DNA of 63,640 nucleotides, the filler included, from Aduncisulcus paluster (lineage: Eukaryota), in the NCBI GenBank assembly GCA_024181965.1. It is 28 parts of 28 records of this genome, joined end to end, with 100 filler letters (N's around TTAATTAATTAA, not from the genome) between each part and the next. Parts side by side here need not be neighbours in the genome. Positions count along the whole stretch, not along the records: positions 1 to 1,831 come from BQXS01006110.1; positions 1,932 to 3,661 come from BQXS01006156.1; positions 3,762 to 5,430 come from BQXS01006305.1; positions 5,531 to 7,508 come from BQXS01006393.1; positions 7,609 to 8,998 come from BQXS01006446.1; positions 9,099 to 10,429 come from BQXS01006453.1; positions 10,530 to 12,247 come from BQXS01006544.1; 21 more parts are not named here. One strand, written 5' to 3'. A program made the translations under genes and the position numbers. Numbering within the stretch: position 1 is the stretch's first letter; each line of letters opens with the position of its first letter. The notes under the pieces were generated by a model. That model was not told where the DNA came from. It was given only the letters and a program-made list of their open reading frames with translations, and made no database searches. Below are positions 1 to 12,347 of this stretch, one piece after another.

Positions 1-210
1 ATGCATATATTTCTCTTGTTCTAAATATAACACAGCTGTATTAAACTTCAATAACAACTCTCGCCGTTCTTGTTTATCTTGTAGTTTTTCATGCTCAAAT
101 AAAATTTGAGGTTGTGATTCAATAGTTTTATTTTCACTTCCAAATAAAATTATAGGAATCACAAAACATAAGCTTCTGAATAGATTTAACTTTATTTTTT
201 TTAAAAACAT
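1..210 (-). CDS. Hypothetical exported protein, possibly TPR-containing; N-terminal part only (Campylobacterota)
   Basis: Manual translation from ATG at 210 gives MFLKKIKLNLFRSLCFVIPIILFGSENK...RELLLKFNTAVLYLEQEKYMH, open to the window edge, with a signal-like N-terminus. Not in the ORF track. Confidence 0.5.
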   Translation of the reverse strand, partial: MFLKKIKLNLFRSLCFVIPIILFGSENKTIESQPQILFEHEKLQDKQERRELLLKFNTAVLYLEQEKYMH

Positions 211-217
211 ATTCGAG

Positions 218-547
218 TTAATGTATTGTTCCAACAGAAGCGTATAATTCATTTATACGCTCTTGTAGAAGTTTATTTTTATGATCCAATTCACTATTTT
301 GTAGTTTAAGTTCCTGTAAATCTTCTCTTGTGCTTTTTAAACTCTCTTGCGAATCATCTATTGTTTCCAAAGAAAATCTAACTTGCTTTTCAAATTTTTC
401 TTTTAACTTTTCTAAATTTGCATTTTTTTCTTCCACCATCGTTTTCTCTTCCGTTATTTTACGATAAAGCGATTTGTATACATTCATACTACTGTAAAAA
501 TATACAGTAAGTACTCCAAGTATCGATAAAAGTAAAAAATTATCCAT
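218..547 (-). CDS. Membrane-anchored coiled-coil hypothetical protein
   Basis: 109-aa ORF with an N-terminal hydrophobic segment followed by an E/K/L-rich coiled coil; co-oriented and closely spaced downstream of flgE. Confidence 0.7.
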   Translation of the reverse strand: MDNFLLLSILGVLTVYFYSSMNVYKSLYRKITEEKTMVEEKNANLEKLKEKFEKQVRFSLETIDDSQESLKSTREDLQELKLQNSELDHKNKLLQERINELYASVGTIH

Positions 548-556
548 TTATAAAAC

Positions 557-1831
557 CTATCTTTTTAATTGAATTAAAGTAGTTAAAATAGAATCTGCTG
601 TTGTAATAGACTTAGCATTCGCTTCAAAAGCTCTTTGGAAAACCATAAGGTTTACCAATGATTCACTTAAATCTGCTGTTGAAAGCTCCAATTGTCCACC
701 ATTTACCTCAGCTGTTTTATCGTTGTCTATGTTGTAAAGAGCTGTTCCACTTCTTGTAGTTGCTTTAAGTAAGTTTCCACCTATTGCTTCAAGTCCTCTA
801 TTATCTGTAAATTTAGCAATTGCGACTTGTCCTACAGCAAAGTCTACGCCATCTTGTTGCATTGTTATAAGTCCTGTACTATCAACAGAAAAGTTACCAA
901 AAGCACTATCTGTTAAATCTAAACTATCCAGACGAAGTTGAATATTACCTTGTGATGCTGTTTGGTTAATAGTAGTAGTTATTTTTAAAAACTCTGCTCC
1001 AGCCCCTTCTCTACCACTGTAGTCATTGTTTCTAGTAATAAGACCATTGGGAGAACCTTTAATAAGTTCTGTTGTTCCAGAAAAGTTAAGGCCATTATCA
1101 CTTGTTGCTCCAATAGTTGGTACATCACCTTCCGTATTTTTATAAATAATTTTTATCTCATCAGATGAAACTTTAATAATATCTTCAATTTCACTTAATG
1201 GATGTGGAGTAGTACCAGTATTCCATTCATTTTTTATTGCAACTTTATCAAGAATAATTTTATCTATCACAGAAGAGATACTAGCTCCTTTTGTTGTAGG
1301 AATAGCTGTTCCTAAAAAATCCAAAGTTGCTGTACTATCTCCTGGAGTTGTCGTATTTACTACACCAAATGTCAAGCCATTATTATCAGTTGTTTCTAAA
1401 GCAACAACATCTCCCGCTGTTTGTTGATAAGTAACTGTCAAGTTTACTACAGGATCAGCATCTGCTGCTGCAATAGTTAGAATTTTACGATCAGGATTTT
1501 CTAAATTCCATTGATCTCGAATCGCTGTTGCAGCTGTATTGATAGCTCCAGTAAGAGAAGCTGTTGCAGCTGTAACTGATGTTGTATTATTATAACTAAC
1601 TTCATATCCTAAAAAACTTGCCTTTTCAGTAGCACTTCCCGTTCCCGTTACTCCTGAAATCGATAAAGTTTGAATTTCTCCTGCTACCGTATCAGAACCA
1701 TCTGCCATAATATCCCCAGATAATGTAATCATTTGTTGTTCCGGAATCGGGCCTTTTAATTCTCCTGTAAACTCTACATCAAAATTTTTATCAAGTGTTT
1801 GAACTACTAAATTTCCATTTACATTAAAAGC
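557..1831 (-). CDS. flgE: Flagellar hook protein FlgE-like, C-terminal part
   Basis: Hook/rod C-terminal signature GQVAIAKF...GLEAIGGNL...LELSTADLSESLVNLMVFQRAFEANAKSITTADSILTTLIQLKR; long Thr/Gly-rich inserted domain; 5' end truncated by the scaffold edge. Confidence 0.85.
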   Translation of the reverse strand, partial: AFNVNGNLVVQTLDKNFDVEFTGELKGPIPEQQMITLSGDIMADGSDTVAGEIQTLSISGVTGTGSATEKASFLGYEVSYNNTTSVTAATASLTGAINTAATAIRDQWNLENPDRKILTIAAADADPVVNLTVTYQQTAGDVVALETTDNNGLTFGVVNTTTPGDSTATLDFLGTAIPTTKGASISSVIDKIILDKVAIKNEWNTGTTPHPLSEIEDIIKVSSDEIKIIYKNTEGDVPTIGATSDNGLNFSGTTELIKGSPNGLITRNNDYSGREGAGAEFLKITTTINQTASQGNIQLRLDSLDLTDSAFGNFSVDSTGLITMQQDGVDFAVGQVAIAKFTDNRGLEAIGGNLLKATTRSGTALYNIDNDKTAEVNGGQLELSTADLSESLVNLMVFQRAFEANAKSITTADSILTTLIQLKR

Positions 1832-1875
1832 NNNNNNNNNNNNNNNNNNNNNNNNNNNNNNNNNNNNNNNNNNNN

Positions 1876-1887
1876 TTAATTAATTAA
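1876..1887. other. Artificial scaffold linker TTAATTAATTAA flanked by N runs (first of 27)
   Basis: Identical 12-mer with stops in all six frames at 1876, 3706, 5475, 7553, 9043, 10474, 12292, 13405, 14531, 15838, 17401, 19189, 20977, 22362, 23889, 25692, 27375, 28707, 30953, 33217, 34696, 36081, 39235, 40573, 43766, 58948 and 61918; GC content and apparent taxon often change abruptly across it. Confidence 0.98.
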
Positions 1888-2033
1888 NNNNNNNNNNNNN
1901 NNNNNNNNNNNNNNNNNNNNNNNNNNNNNNNACCTGAAATGGGAGGGTTTGATTCCATTTTGTAAGCAAAACATAAATCACATAATAATAAAATTCTTTA
2001 TGTTCTAATAACGATAAAAACTATTTATATTGT

Positions 2034-2930
2034 TTATTTTATTAATTTTGGCAATACATTTATAATTTTATTTTCGGTTTTAAGAAATGTAACCAAACGG
2101 TTTTCAATTTTGAAAACCGAAAAAATCATTATGTATGAGGAAAACCGAAACTTTTTTCGGTTCTGCTCAAAAAAAGTTTCCCTGTGGGGAGCTGAGGCAC
2201 GCACCTCAAGCTCGATTAAACGGTCTCGTTGGCGTTCAGCATCACGAATATAGCGAACACACTCATCAAACAAGGGTTTGAATTTTCGTTGAATCTGACT
2301 TTGAGCTAATTTTAGAGAATCATCAACATGTTGAGGTGGATATTCAAGCACAAGTTCCTGACGATCTCGTGATGGTTCCTTCATCACTTCTTCAACATAA
2401 TTATTCATCCAAATTTCACCTGGAAGTCCTAATGAATCCAATAAAGCACCATATCTCTTTGCCAATTTATCTCTTACTTCGAATTCAGTTAAAGTAAGCT
2501 CGCGGGTTCTGCGAGATGTTGCTGATCCAACATATGTGCCGCCTTCTCCTTGAATAAAAAATGTTATATTAAATGGGTTTCGATGTTGAGCATCGACAGC
2601 AGCTGAAAAGTCATCAGTAGGTTCTGTAGTTGGTGGTTGCGGTAATATCGGAGGTAATCGACTCACCCTCACACCACTACAGAATTGAGTTCCTTCCACA
2701 AGGCAAACATCATGATAAATCTCAGGATGTTCTAACAAATAGACCTCGAAAGGAATTAAACCAAGAATTTCCTTCATCGACACCCACTTTTCCGTATCAT
2801 CAAGATATCTACAGCGAAAACTGAAAACACCCTTTTCCTTCCTATGGTCGACGACAGAGATAATGGGCCATTCCTTCTGGTCAGCTGACCTCATTTTCCT
2901 CAGTTCCTCGATTGAATGATCACCGATCAC
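2034..2930 (-). CDS. Chromodomain-like protein, probably retrotransposon-derived (eukaryote)
   Basis: N-terminal WPIISVVDHRKEKGVFSFRCRYLDDTEKWVSMKEIL...YLLEHPE resembles a chromodomain and parallels the one at 14588-14914 (LLDHRGK...YLEEH). Confidence 0.5.
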   Translation of the reverse strand: MIGDHSIEELRKMRSADQKEWPIISVVDHRKEKGVFSFRCRYLDDTEKWVSMKEILGLIPFEVYLLEHPEIYHDVCLVEGTQFCSGVRVSRLPPILPQPPTTEPTDDFSAAVDAQHRNPFNITFFIQGEGGTYVGSATSRRTRELTLTEFEVRDKLAKRYGALLDSLGLPGEIWMNNYVEEVMKEPSRDRQELVLEYPPQHVDDSLKLAQSQIQRKFKPLFDECVRYIRDAERQRDRLIELEVRASAPHRETFFEQNRKKFRFSSYIMIFSVFKIENRLVTFLKTENKIINVLPKLIK

Positions 2931-3017
2931 TGTAATAGCCCTTAAGGACTATTTTATATAATTTTATATAACATTCTCATTGTCTATTTTTAGATCTTAT
3001 TCGTGTTCTTTGTTTAT

Positions 3018-3215
3018 TCAATAAATTTGCCGTAGTTCTACTACAATCACGATTCTCATATTATGATGAGACACTTCTCCACACTCCCCAGAAATAATAT
3101 CCTTCAAAACAAATTTATACCTCGAAACCTCCCTGGCCACTTCGAATGGGCCCAAGTAAGGCACTTGAAGATTTCTATCCAAACTAGGGTTCAAAACCCA
3201 AACAAAATCACCCAC
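3018..3215 (-). pseudogene. Ty3/gypsy integrase C-terminal GPY/F module remnant
   Basis: VGDFVWVLNP...YLGPFEV...YKFVL matches the GPY/F motif; it lies just upstream of the chromodomain ORF, and in-frame stops on both sides suggest decay. Confidence 0.55.
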
Positions 3216-3330
3216 CTTGTTATTGTTTGTTATCGTTTTTACATGTATTTCTCATGTTCTATTTATAGATTATATTGCTCCGATTTACTTTAATAAATTG
3301 TACCAAGTTAACAGTATTAATACTCTTGCT

Positions 3331-3661
3331 ATGAGTACAAATGGAAACAGCGTGCTATTAGCAGCACCTTTTTTGAAGAAATTCGATCGGAAATCCTGGT
3401 TTCTGTTCCATCGAGAATTTGCCGTGTACAAGGCCCGCGGTGGCCAGGCCAGCTGGATTACCCGTATTGAACCGTGTTTACTGGAAACCCTTTTCTTAAC
3501 TGCTGGCATCTCAGACACGTCAGAGGGGTTTGAAGCCGGTGAACTAAAGAAGCTCTTGGATCAGAAGTTTGGATCAACATCAACTCAAGCCTTCTTTGAC
3601 GAGCTAGATAAACTGTCTCTTTCGGTATTAGATCAATCAAAACTGATTTATTACATCGCCA
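3331..3661 (+). CDS. Possible retrotransposon Gag-like N-terminus (partial)
   Basis: ORF from ATG 3331 (MSTNGNSVLLAAPFLKKFDRKSWFLFHREFAVYKARGG) runs into the scaffold end; the W/F-x-x-F pattern is gag-like and retroelement remnants are adjacent. Confidence 0.35.
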
Positions 3662-3761
3662 NNNNNNNNNNNNNNNNNNNNNNNNNNNNNNNNNNNNNNN
3701 NNNNNTTAATTAATTAANNNNNNNNNNNNNNNNNNNNNNNNNNNNNNNNNNNNNNNNNNNN

Positions 3762-4935
3762 TCGCCGAGGCGGAGGAGCTGATCGTCGCGGCCCCCCATA
3801 TCGAAACCGAAGCCGACCTGTTGGAGGGGCTCCAGTATCTGGCGCAGGGGATAGCCGCCTGTACGCACATGGCGTTTCATACCGATCGCGATCACCCATT
3901 CCTGCTCTCCGGTACGGGGCCGTTCACCAAGATGGGGTTGGACAACCCCGACACCCTCTACTTCGGTGCCCGAGTCAACGGTGAGTACGAGTACGTGGTC
4001 ACCGGAAAGCGTGGCACCACTGCCGATTTGAGCTTCCAGGTGCTTGGTGGTGGTGACTACACCGACAAGAATGTGCCAGGAAGTGCGATTGCCTTCGATG
4101 ACCGTGAGATCCACATCGCACGCGACGGCAGCTTCGAAGTGCGTTTCGGTCCTGGGCCGGCCAGTGAGTCGCGGCCGAACTATTTCACCCTNNNNNNNNN
4201 NNNNNNNNNNNTTTCACCCTGGGGCCGGGACCGGCGCAGCTGGTGATGCGCGAGGTGTACAGCGATTGGCGTGAACAGCGTGGCAGCCTTGCCATCGCGC
4301 GGGTGGACACCGCAGGGACCGCGCCGGCCCCGCTGACGAAGGAACAGATCGAAAAACGTTACGCCAGTGCGGGTAAGCAGTTGGTGAACCGAGTCAAGAC
4401 GTGGCTGCAGTTCCCCAAGTGGTTCTACGACAATCTGCCCGTCAACACCATGACCGAGCCACGGCTCACACCTGGCGGGCTGGCGACGCAGTTCTCCTCG
4501 GTGGGGCACTATGACCTCACTGACGACCAGGCGATGATCATCACCGTCCCCAAGTCCGATGCGCCGTACCAGGGTTTCCAGCTCGGCAGCCTCTGGTACA
4601 TCTCGCTCGACTACATCAACCACCAAACCTCACTGAACTCCAGCCAGGCTCAGGTAGACCCGGACGGAAACATCCGGATGGTGGTGAGTAATGGAAACCC
4701 TGGTGTCACCAACTGGATTGAGACGCTGGATCATCGGCGGGCGTATCTCCAATTTCGGTGGCAGCGGGCCGACCGACCGCTCACGGCCGCCGATGGTCCG
4801 ACCGTGGAGGTGGTCGCATTCGGCGATGTTCCGGCGAAACTGCCGTATTACCCGCAGAATCAGATCAGCGAGCAGGGCTGGCGCAGTCGCATCGCGGAAC
4901 GCCAGACCGCCATCGGCGCAAGGATGTTGGGCTGA
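3762..4935 (+). CDS. DUF1214-like protein (mycobacterial), split by an assembly gap
   Basis: GLDNPDTLY motif, DGSFEVRFG, and LDYINHQTSLNSSQAQVDPDG...PGVTNWIET; the two ORF-track pieces are separated only by a 20-N gap. Confidence 0.7.
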
Positions 4936-5430
4936 TGAGTCTGTGCGCTTTTGACGGCAAGGTTATCGTCGTATCCGGTATCGGCCCCGGGCTCGGCGCC
5001 ACCTTGGCCACCAAGTTCGCCGCCGCGGGCGCCGATGTCGTCCTGGCGGCGCGCACTCAGTCGCGCCTTGACGAGGTGGCAGAACAGATTGCCGCCACCG
5101 GCCGCAAGGCCCTCGCGGTGGCCACGGATATCACCGATGAGGCCAGCGTCGCGAACCTCGTCGAACGCGCCACCGAGACCTTCGGCGGCATTGATGTTCT
5201 CGTCAACAACGCCTTCAGCATTCCATCGATGAAATCCCTGGAGAAGACGGACTATCAGCACATTCGCGATAGCGTCGAGCTCACCGTGGTCGGCACGTTG
5301 CGTCTGACCCAGGGGCTCGCCGGCGCGTTGTCTGCGGCCAAGGGTTCGGTGGTCAACATCAATTCGATGGTCATCAGGCACTCGCAAGTCCGCTATGGCA
5401 GTTACAAGATCGCCAAGGCCGCGCTGCTGG
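4935..5430 (+). CDS. SDR family oxidoreductase (partial)
   Basis: TGATG overlap with the upstream gene; GKVIVVSGIGPGLG Rossmann motif, LVNNA, and catalytic YKIAK (YxxxK). Confidence 0.9.
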
Positions 5431-5530
5431 NNNNNNNNNNNNNNNNNNNNNNNNNNNNNNNNNNNNNNNNNNNNTTAATTAATTAANNNNNNNNNNNNNN
5501 NNNNNNNNNNNNNNNNNNNNNNNNNNNNNN

Positions 5531-6775
5531 GTGGCCGCATGACGCTGATGTCGCCGATGTCTTTCGTGCGCAGACCCGGCCGCTGGATCAAAGAACTGGC
5601 CGCCGCGTCCCACGCGGGCCGCACCTTCGGTGCAGCCCCGAATTTCGCCTTCGAACTTGCCGCCGAGCGGGGCTTACCGAAGGATGGCGAAACCCTGGAT
5701 CTGAGCAATGTGGCCGGTCTCATCAACGGTTCCGAGCCGGTCAGCATCGCGTCGATTCGTAAGTTCAATGAAGCCTTCGTTCCATATGGGCTGCCGCAGA
5801 ACGCGATCAAGCCGTCCTATGGGATGGCCGAGGCCACGCTCTTCGTCTCCTCTATCGCCCCCGATGCGGAACCCTCCGTCATCTACGTGGATCGTGAGCA
5901 GCTGGGCGCTGGGTACGCCACCCGGGTGGATGCCGCGCACGAGAACGCGATGCCGCAGGTGTCCTGCGGACAGATCGCGCGCANNNNNNNNNNNNNNNNN
6001 NNNNNNNNNNNNNNNNNNNNNNNNNNNNNNNNNNNNNNNNNNNNNNNNNNNNNNNNNNNNNNNNNNNNNNNNNNNNNNNNNNNNNNNNNNNNNNNNNNNN
6101 NNNNNNNNNNNNNNNNNNNNNNNNNNNNNNNNNNNNNNCAGCCAGTGGGCGGTCATCGTCGACCCCAGCACGGAGACGGAGCTGCTTGACGGCCAGATCG
6201 GCGAGATCTGGTTGCACGGCAACAACATTGGTCGCGGCTACTGGGGCCGGCCCGAGGAGACCAACCTTTCCTTCCATAACAAGCTGCAGGCACGCCTGAA
6301 CGAGGGCAGTCACGCGACCGGCACCGAACCGGGCGCCATCTGGTTCCGCACGGGCGACCTCGGTGTGTACGTCGACGGCGAGCTGTACATCACCGGCCGG
6401 GTCAAAGATCTGGTGATCGTGGACGGCCGCAACCATTACCCCCACGACATCGAGGCCACCGTCGAAGATGCCTCGCCGGTGGTGCGGCGCGGGTTCGTGG
6501 CGGCCTTCTCTGTGCCGGCCGACGAACTGCCCGCGGGTGTCGATGCGGGCGATGGTGCCGGCGAGAGGTTGGTCATCGTCGCCGAACGGGCCGCAGGAGC
6601 CGGACGGGCGGAACCCGGCCCCATCGTCGATGCGATCCGGGCCGCCGTCTCCCGTCGGCACACCCTGCCGGTCGCCGACGTCCGGCTGGTTCAGGCCGGT
6701 GCCATCCCCCGCACCAGCAGCGGAAAAATCGCGCGCCGAGCCTGTCGCCAGCAGTACCTCACCGACCAATCGTGA
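5531..6775 (+). CDS. Fatty acyl-AMP ligase (FadD family), C-terminal part
   Basis: [51 protein letters not shown] and [14 protein letters not shown] are FAAL adenylation motifs. Confidence 0.9.
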
Positions 6776-6810
6776 GATCTTCTGCGATCTTGTGAAATTT
6801 CTCGATGAGG

Positions 6811-6837
6811 TGTCGATTCCGGGGAGGTCTATTCGTG
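6811..6837 (+). promoter_or_regulatory. Putative ECF42-type sigma promoter upstream of DGPF/YciI genes
   Basis: TGTCGA at 6811-6816 and TTCGTG at 6832-6837, upstream of the RBS (GAAAGGA) and ATG 6900; resembles the TGTCGA / CG(A/T)C consensus recalled for ECF42 promoters of DGPF genes. Confidence 0.5.
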
Positions 6838-6899
6838 GTGAGGTTGAAGGGAAGCCGATAGGGCGCCCGATCGCCAGATACGAATAGGAAAGGACGACC

Positions 6900-7256
6900 A
6901 TGAAGCAGTACCTGCTCTCGGTTCACAGCTACGCCAACAACGCCGTCAACGTGAGTGACGCGGACATGGAACGGCTGTACGCCCAGACCGGCGCGGTCAA
7001 CGAGAAGATGAAGGAGGCCGGTGTCTGGGTCTTCGCGAATGGGCTGACCGAACCGTCGGATGCGACGGTGGTCCGCAGCGTGGGCGGCAAGGTCACCGCT
7101 ACCGACGGCCCGTACCTGGAGACCAAGGAACATCTCGGCGGCTTCTGGATCATCAACGCCCCCGACCTCGACGCGGCCCTGAAATGGGCTGCCGAAGGAT
7201 CGGCGGCCTGCGAGGAGCCTGTCGAGGTGCGTCCCTTCCAGGACCAGGAGGCCTGA
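6900..7256 (+). CDS. YciI/YCII-related (DGPF) protein
   Basis: TDGPYLETKEHLGGFWII...VEVRPF motif; RBS upstream. Confidence 0.9.
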   Translation: MKQYLLSVHSYANNAVNVSDADMERLYAQTGAVNEKMKEAGVWVFANGLTEPSDATVVRSVGGKVTATDGPYLETKEHLGGFWIINAPDLDAALKWAAEGSAACEEPVEVRPFQDQEA

Positions 7257-7257
7257 C

Positions 7258-7508
7258 ATGAGCCGCTACATGTTGTCGATCGTCTACGCGCCCGGTGCGG
7301 TCCAGCCCGACGAGTCGGCGCTGGAAACCATTGGCGCCGATGTGCAGGCGATCACCCGTCGCATGCAGGAAGCGGGGGTGTGGCTGTTCGCGGCCGGACT
7401 GCAACCCGCCGACACCGCGACGATGGTCGTCGCCGGCGCATCCGGCCACACCACCACCGACGGGCCGTACACCGAAACCAAGGAACAGCTTGGTGGATTC
7501 AGCATCAT
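7258..7508 (+). CDS. Second YciI/DGPF protein (partial)
   Basis: TDGPYTETKEQLGGFSI; tandem paralog truncated at the scaffold end. Confidence 0.85.
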
Positions 7509-7646
7509 NNNNNNNNNNNNNNNNNNNNNNNNNNNNNNNNNNNNNNNNNNNNTTAATTAATTAANNNNNNNNNNNNNNNNNNNNNNNNNNNNNNNNNNNN
7601 NNNNNNNNAGGGTCCAGTTCTTTAATCTTTTGCAGTGCTCGATTTC

Positions 7647-8802
7647 TTATTCAGCTGAATTGAACTCAGCAATTTTTGCTTCGATGTTTTCTAAGTGGTC
7701 TTCCATACGTTCAAGCATTGTATCCAGGTGGTCTTTAATTGTATCCGTGTCGCCTTCTTCGATGGCAGTTTGGAAGGCTTGGCGTTCTGCTTCACGTTCA
7801 ACTTTTTCTGCTTCTTTTTCCGCTTCCCATGCAGCTTTTTCTTCATCGGTCATATTGTCGAAATCCGGCTTTTCACCCAGGGGCATGTCACCACGAGGGC
7901 TACCCTTTTCAACACGTTCACCATTTTCACGCTGACCGCCGTTTTCCATTCTTGCCTTGAATNNNNNNNNNNNNNNNNNNNNNNNNNNNNNNNNNNNNNN
8001 NNNNNNNNNNNNNNNNNNNNNNNNNNNNNNNNNNNNNNNNNNNNNNNNNNNNNNNNNNNNNNNNNNNNNNNNNNNNNNNNNNNNNNNNNNNNNNNNNNNN
8101 NNNNNNNNNNNNNNNNNNNNNNNNNNNNNNNNNNNNNNNNNNNNNNNNNNNNNNNNNNNNNNNNNNNNNNNNNNNNNNNNNNNNNNNNNNNNNNNNNNNA
8201 TCCAATTTTTCCTGCGCATTTTCAAGTCTTTCATTCAAATGCTCAAGCGCTTCATCGATAAAGGCTTTAATAGCATCCGTATCGCCTTCTTCGATGGCTG
8301 TTTTCAGTGCTTCTTTTCTTGCTTCGCGTTCTTCCTTGTTTTCTTCTCTTGCATCGGAGCGTGCCTCTTTACGGTCTTCCATGTTTTCCATTTTCTCCGC
8401 TCTATTCGCTGCCTTTTCTTCTTTATAAGCGGCTATTTCTTCTTCTGTCATGCTTTCAAAATCAGGTTTTTCAGGCTTATTGTCTTCTCTAATCGCCTTG
8501 ATTTGATCTGAAACAGCCTTAAGCTCCTCTTCAACCTCATTCCAGCTGTCGCTAATTTCCGGATAGTATTCATCGATCAGGGCCTGCATCTTGGCTGCTT
8601 TTTCTTCTCTATTCTCTTGACGATTTTCCTTTCGTTCTTCCCGGTTTTCTTTGAATTCCTTCATTTTTTCAATTCCAGGTCTGCCTGATTTCGTTTCTGT
8701 CGTCCCTGTTTCGTCTGCAAACGAAAGACCAGTTGTTACTGCCGAAAGCGCCATTACCGCTACAAGTGTCCCTGTTAATAGTCTTTTCTTCATCATTTTC
8801 AT
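7647..8802 (-). CDS. Secreted, highly charged helical protein with an internal duplication (Clostridia-like)
   Basis: GGAGG RBS, signal peptide MKMMKKRLLTGTLVAVMALSAVTTGLSFA, and motifs KPDF..MT.EE.AA and TAIEEGDTD.IK each present twice; spans an N gap. Confidence 0.7.
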
Positions 8803-9098
8803 TTCCTCCATTTGGGTTGGTAAGTAACGTTCACATTATCCTTTGATGCTTTTTTTTAATTGTTTTTTCTTTTAGTGCTTTTCTTGTGGTGCTTCCTTTG
8901 ATCTTTCCTTTAGTGCTTTCCTTTAGTTCTTTTTGCTATTTCTTATGGTGTGTTCCTTGGTGTTTCTCTTGGCTTGTCTATATACTAGACCCTAAATGNN
9001 NNNNNNNNNNNNNNNNNNNNNNNNNNNNNNNNNNNNNNNNNNTTAATTAATTAANNNNNNNNNNNNNNNNNNNNNNNNNNNNNNNNNNNNNNNNNNNN

Positions 9099-10429
9099 GA
9101 GGAGGTTCCGGAGCGCCCGTTCCGCCCGCGCCGCCAGTACAAGATCCAGGAAGTGATCAAGCGCCGGCAGGTCATGCTGGTGCAGGTCGTTAAGGAGGAG
9201 CGCGGCAACAAGGGCGCCGCGCTGACCACCTATCTGTCGCTCGCCGGCCGCTACGCCGTGCTGATGCCCAACACCGCGCGTGGCGGCGGCATCAGCCGCA
9301 AGATCACCTCGGCCCAGGACCGCTCGCGGCTCAAGGAAGTGGTGCAGGATCTCGACGTGCCCGAGGGCATGGGGATCATCCTGCGCACCGCCGGCGCCTC
9401 CCGCAGCAAGCCGGAGATCAAGCNNNNNNNNNNNNNNNNNNNNNNNNNNNNNNNNNNNNNNNNNNNNNNNNNNNNNNNNGACGCTGAAGTCGCAGGCGCC
9501 GACCCTGGTCTACGAGGAAGGCTCGCTGATCAAGCGCTCGCTGCGCGACCTCTACAACAAGGAGATCGACGAGATCCAGGTGGCGGGCGAAGCCGGCTAC
9601 CGCGAAGCACGCGACTTCATGAAGATGCTGATGCCGGCCAATGTGCGCGCGGTGAAACAGTATCGCGACGGCCAGCCGCTGTTCTCGCGGATGGGCGTCG
9701 AAAGCCAGCTCGACGCGATGTTCTCGCCGACCGTGCAGCTGCGCTCCGGCGGCTACATCGTGATCAACCAGACCGAGGCGCTGGTCTCGATCGACGTCAA
9801 CTCCGGCCGCGCCACGCGCGAGCACCATATCGAGGACACCGCGCTCAAGACCAATCTGGAAGCCGCGGAAGAAGTCGCGCGACAGCTGCGCCTGCGTGAC
9901 CTCGCCGGCCTGATCGTCATCGACTTCATCGACATGGACGAGAAGCGCAACAACCGCGCGGTCGAGCGCAAGCTGTCCGACTGCCTGCGCCAGGACCGTG
10001 CGCGGATCCAGGTCGGCCGCATCTCGCATTTCGGCCTCCTGGAAATGTCGCGCCAGCGCATCCGCGCCAGCATGCTGGAGAACTCGACAGAGCCCTGCCC
10101 GCAATGCGGCGGCTCCGGCCACGTCCGCTCGGTCTCGTCGGTTGCGCTGCAGCTGCTGCGCGGCATCGAGGAAATCCTGATGAAGGGCGCGACCCACAAT
10201 CTGGTGGTCCGTACCCGCACCGACGTCGCGCTCTACGTGCTCAACCACAAGCGCGGCCATCTGCGCGACCTCGAAGACGCCTTCCGCGTCTCGCTGTCGA
10301 TCGTCGCCGACGCCACCGTGCACGGCCAGCAATCCTACATCATCGATCGCGGTGAGCAGGTCCATACGCTCGAAGCCGCCAAGGCGCTGCTTGCCGCGCA
10401 GGCGGCCGCCGCGCCGGCGCAGGTCGATG
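9099..10429 (+). CDS. rne: Ribonuclease E/G, internal fragment (Bradyrhizobium-like)
   Basis: VQVVKEERGNKGAALTTYLSLAGRY, INQTEALVSIDVNSG, QLRLRDLAGLIVIDFIDM and the CPQCGGSG Zn-link. Confidence 0.93.
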
Positions 10430-10529
10430 NNNNNNNNNNNNNNNNNNNNNNNNNNNNNNNNNNNNNNNNNNNNTTAATTAATTAANNNNNNNNNNNNNNN
10501 NNNNNNNNNNNNNNNNNNNNNNNNNNNNN

Positions 10530-12247
<1,718 letters not shown>

Positions 12248-12347
12248 NNNNNNNNNNNNNNNNNNNNNNNNNNNNNNNNNNNNNNNNNNNNTTAATTAAT
12301 TAANNNNNNNNNNNNNNNNNNNNNNNNNNNNNNNNNNNNNNNNNNNN

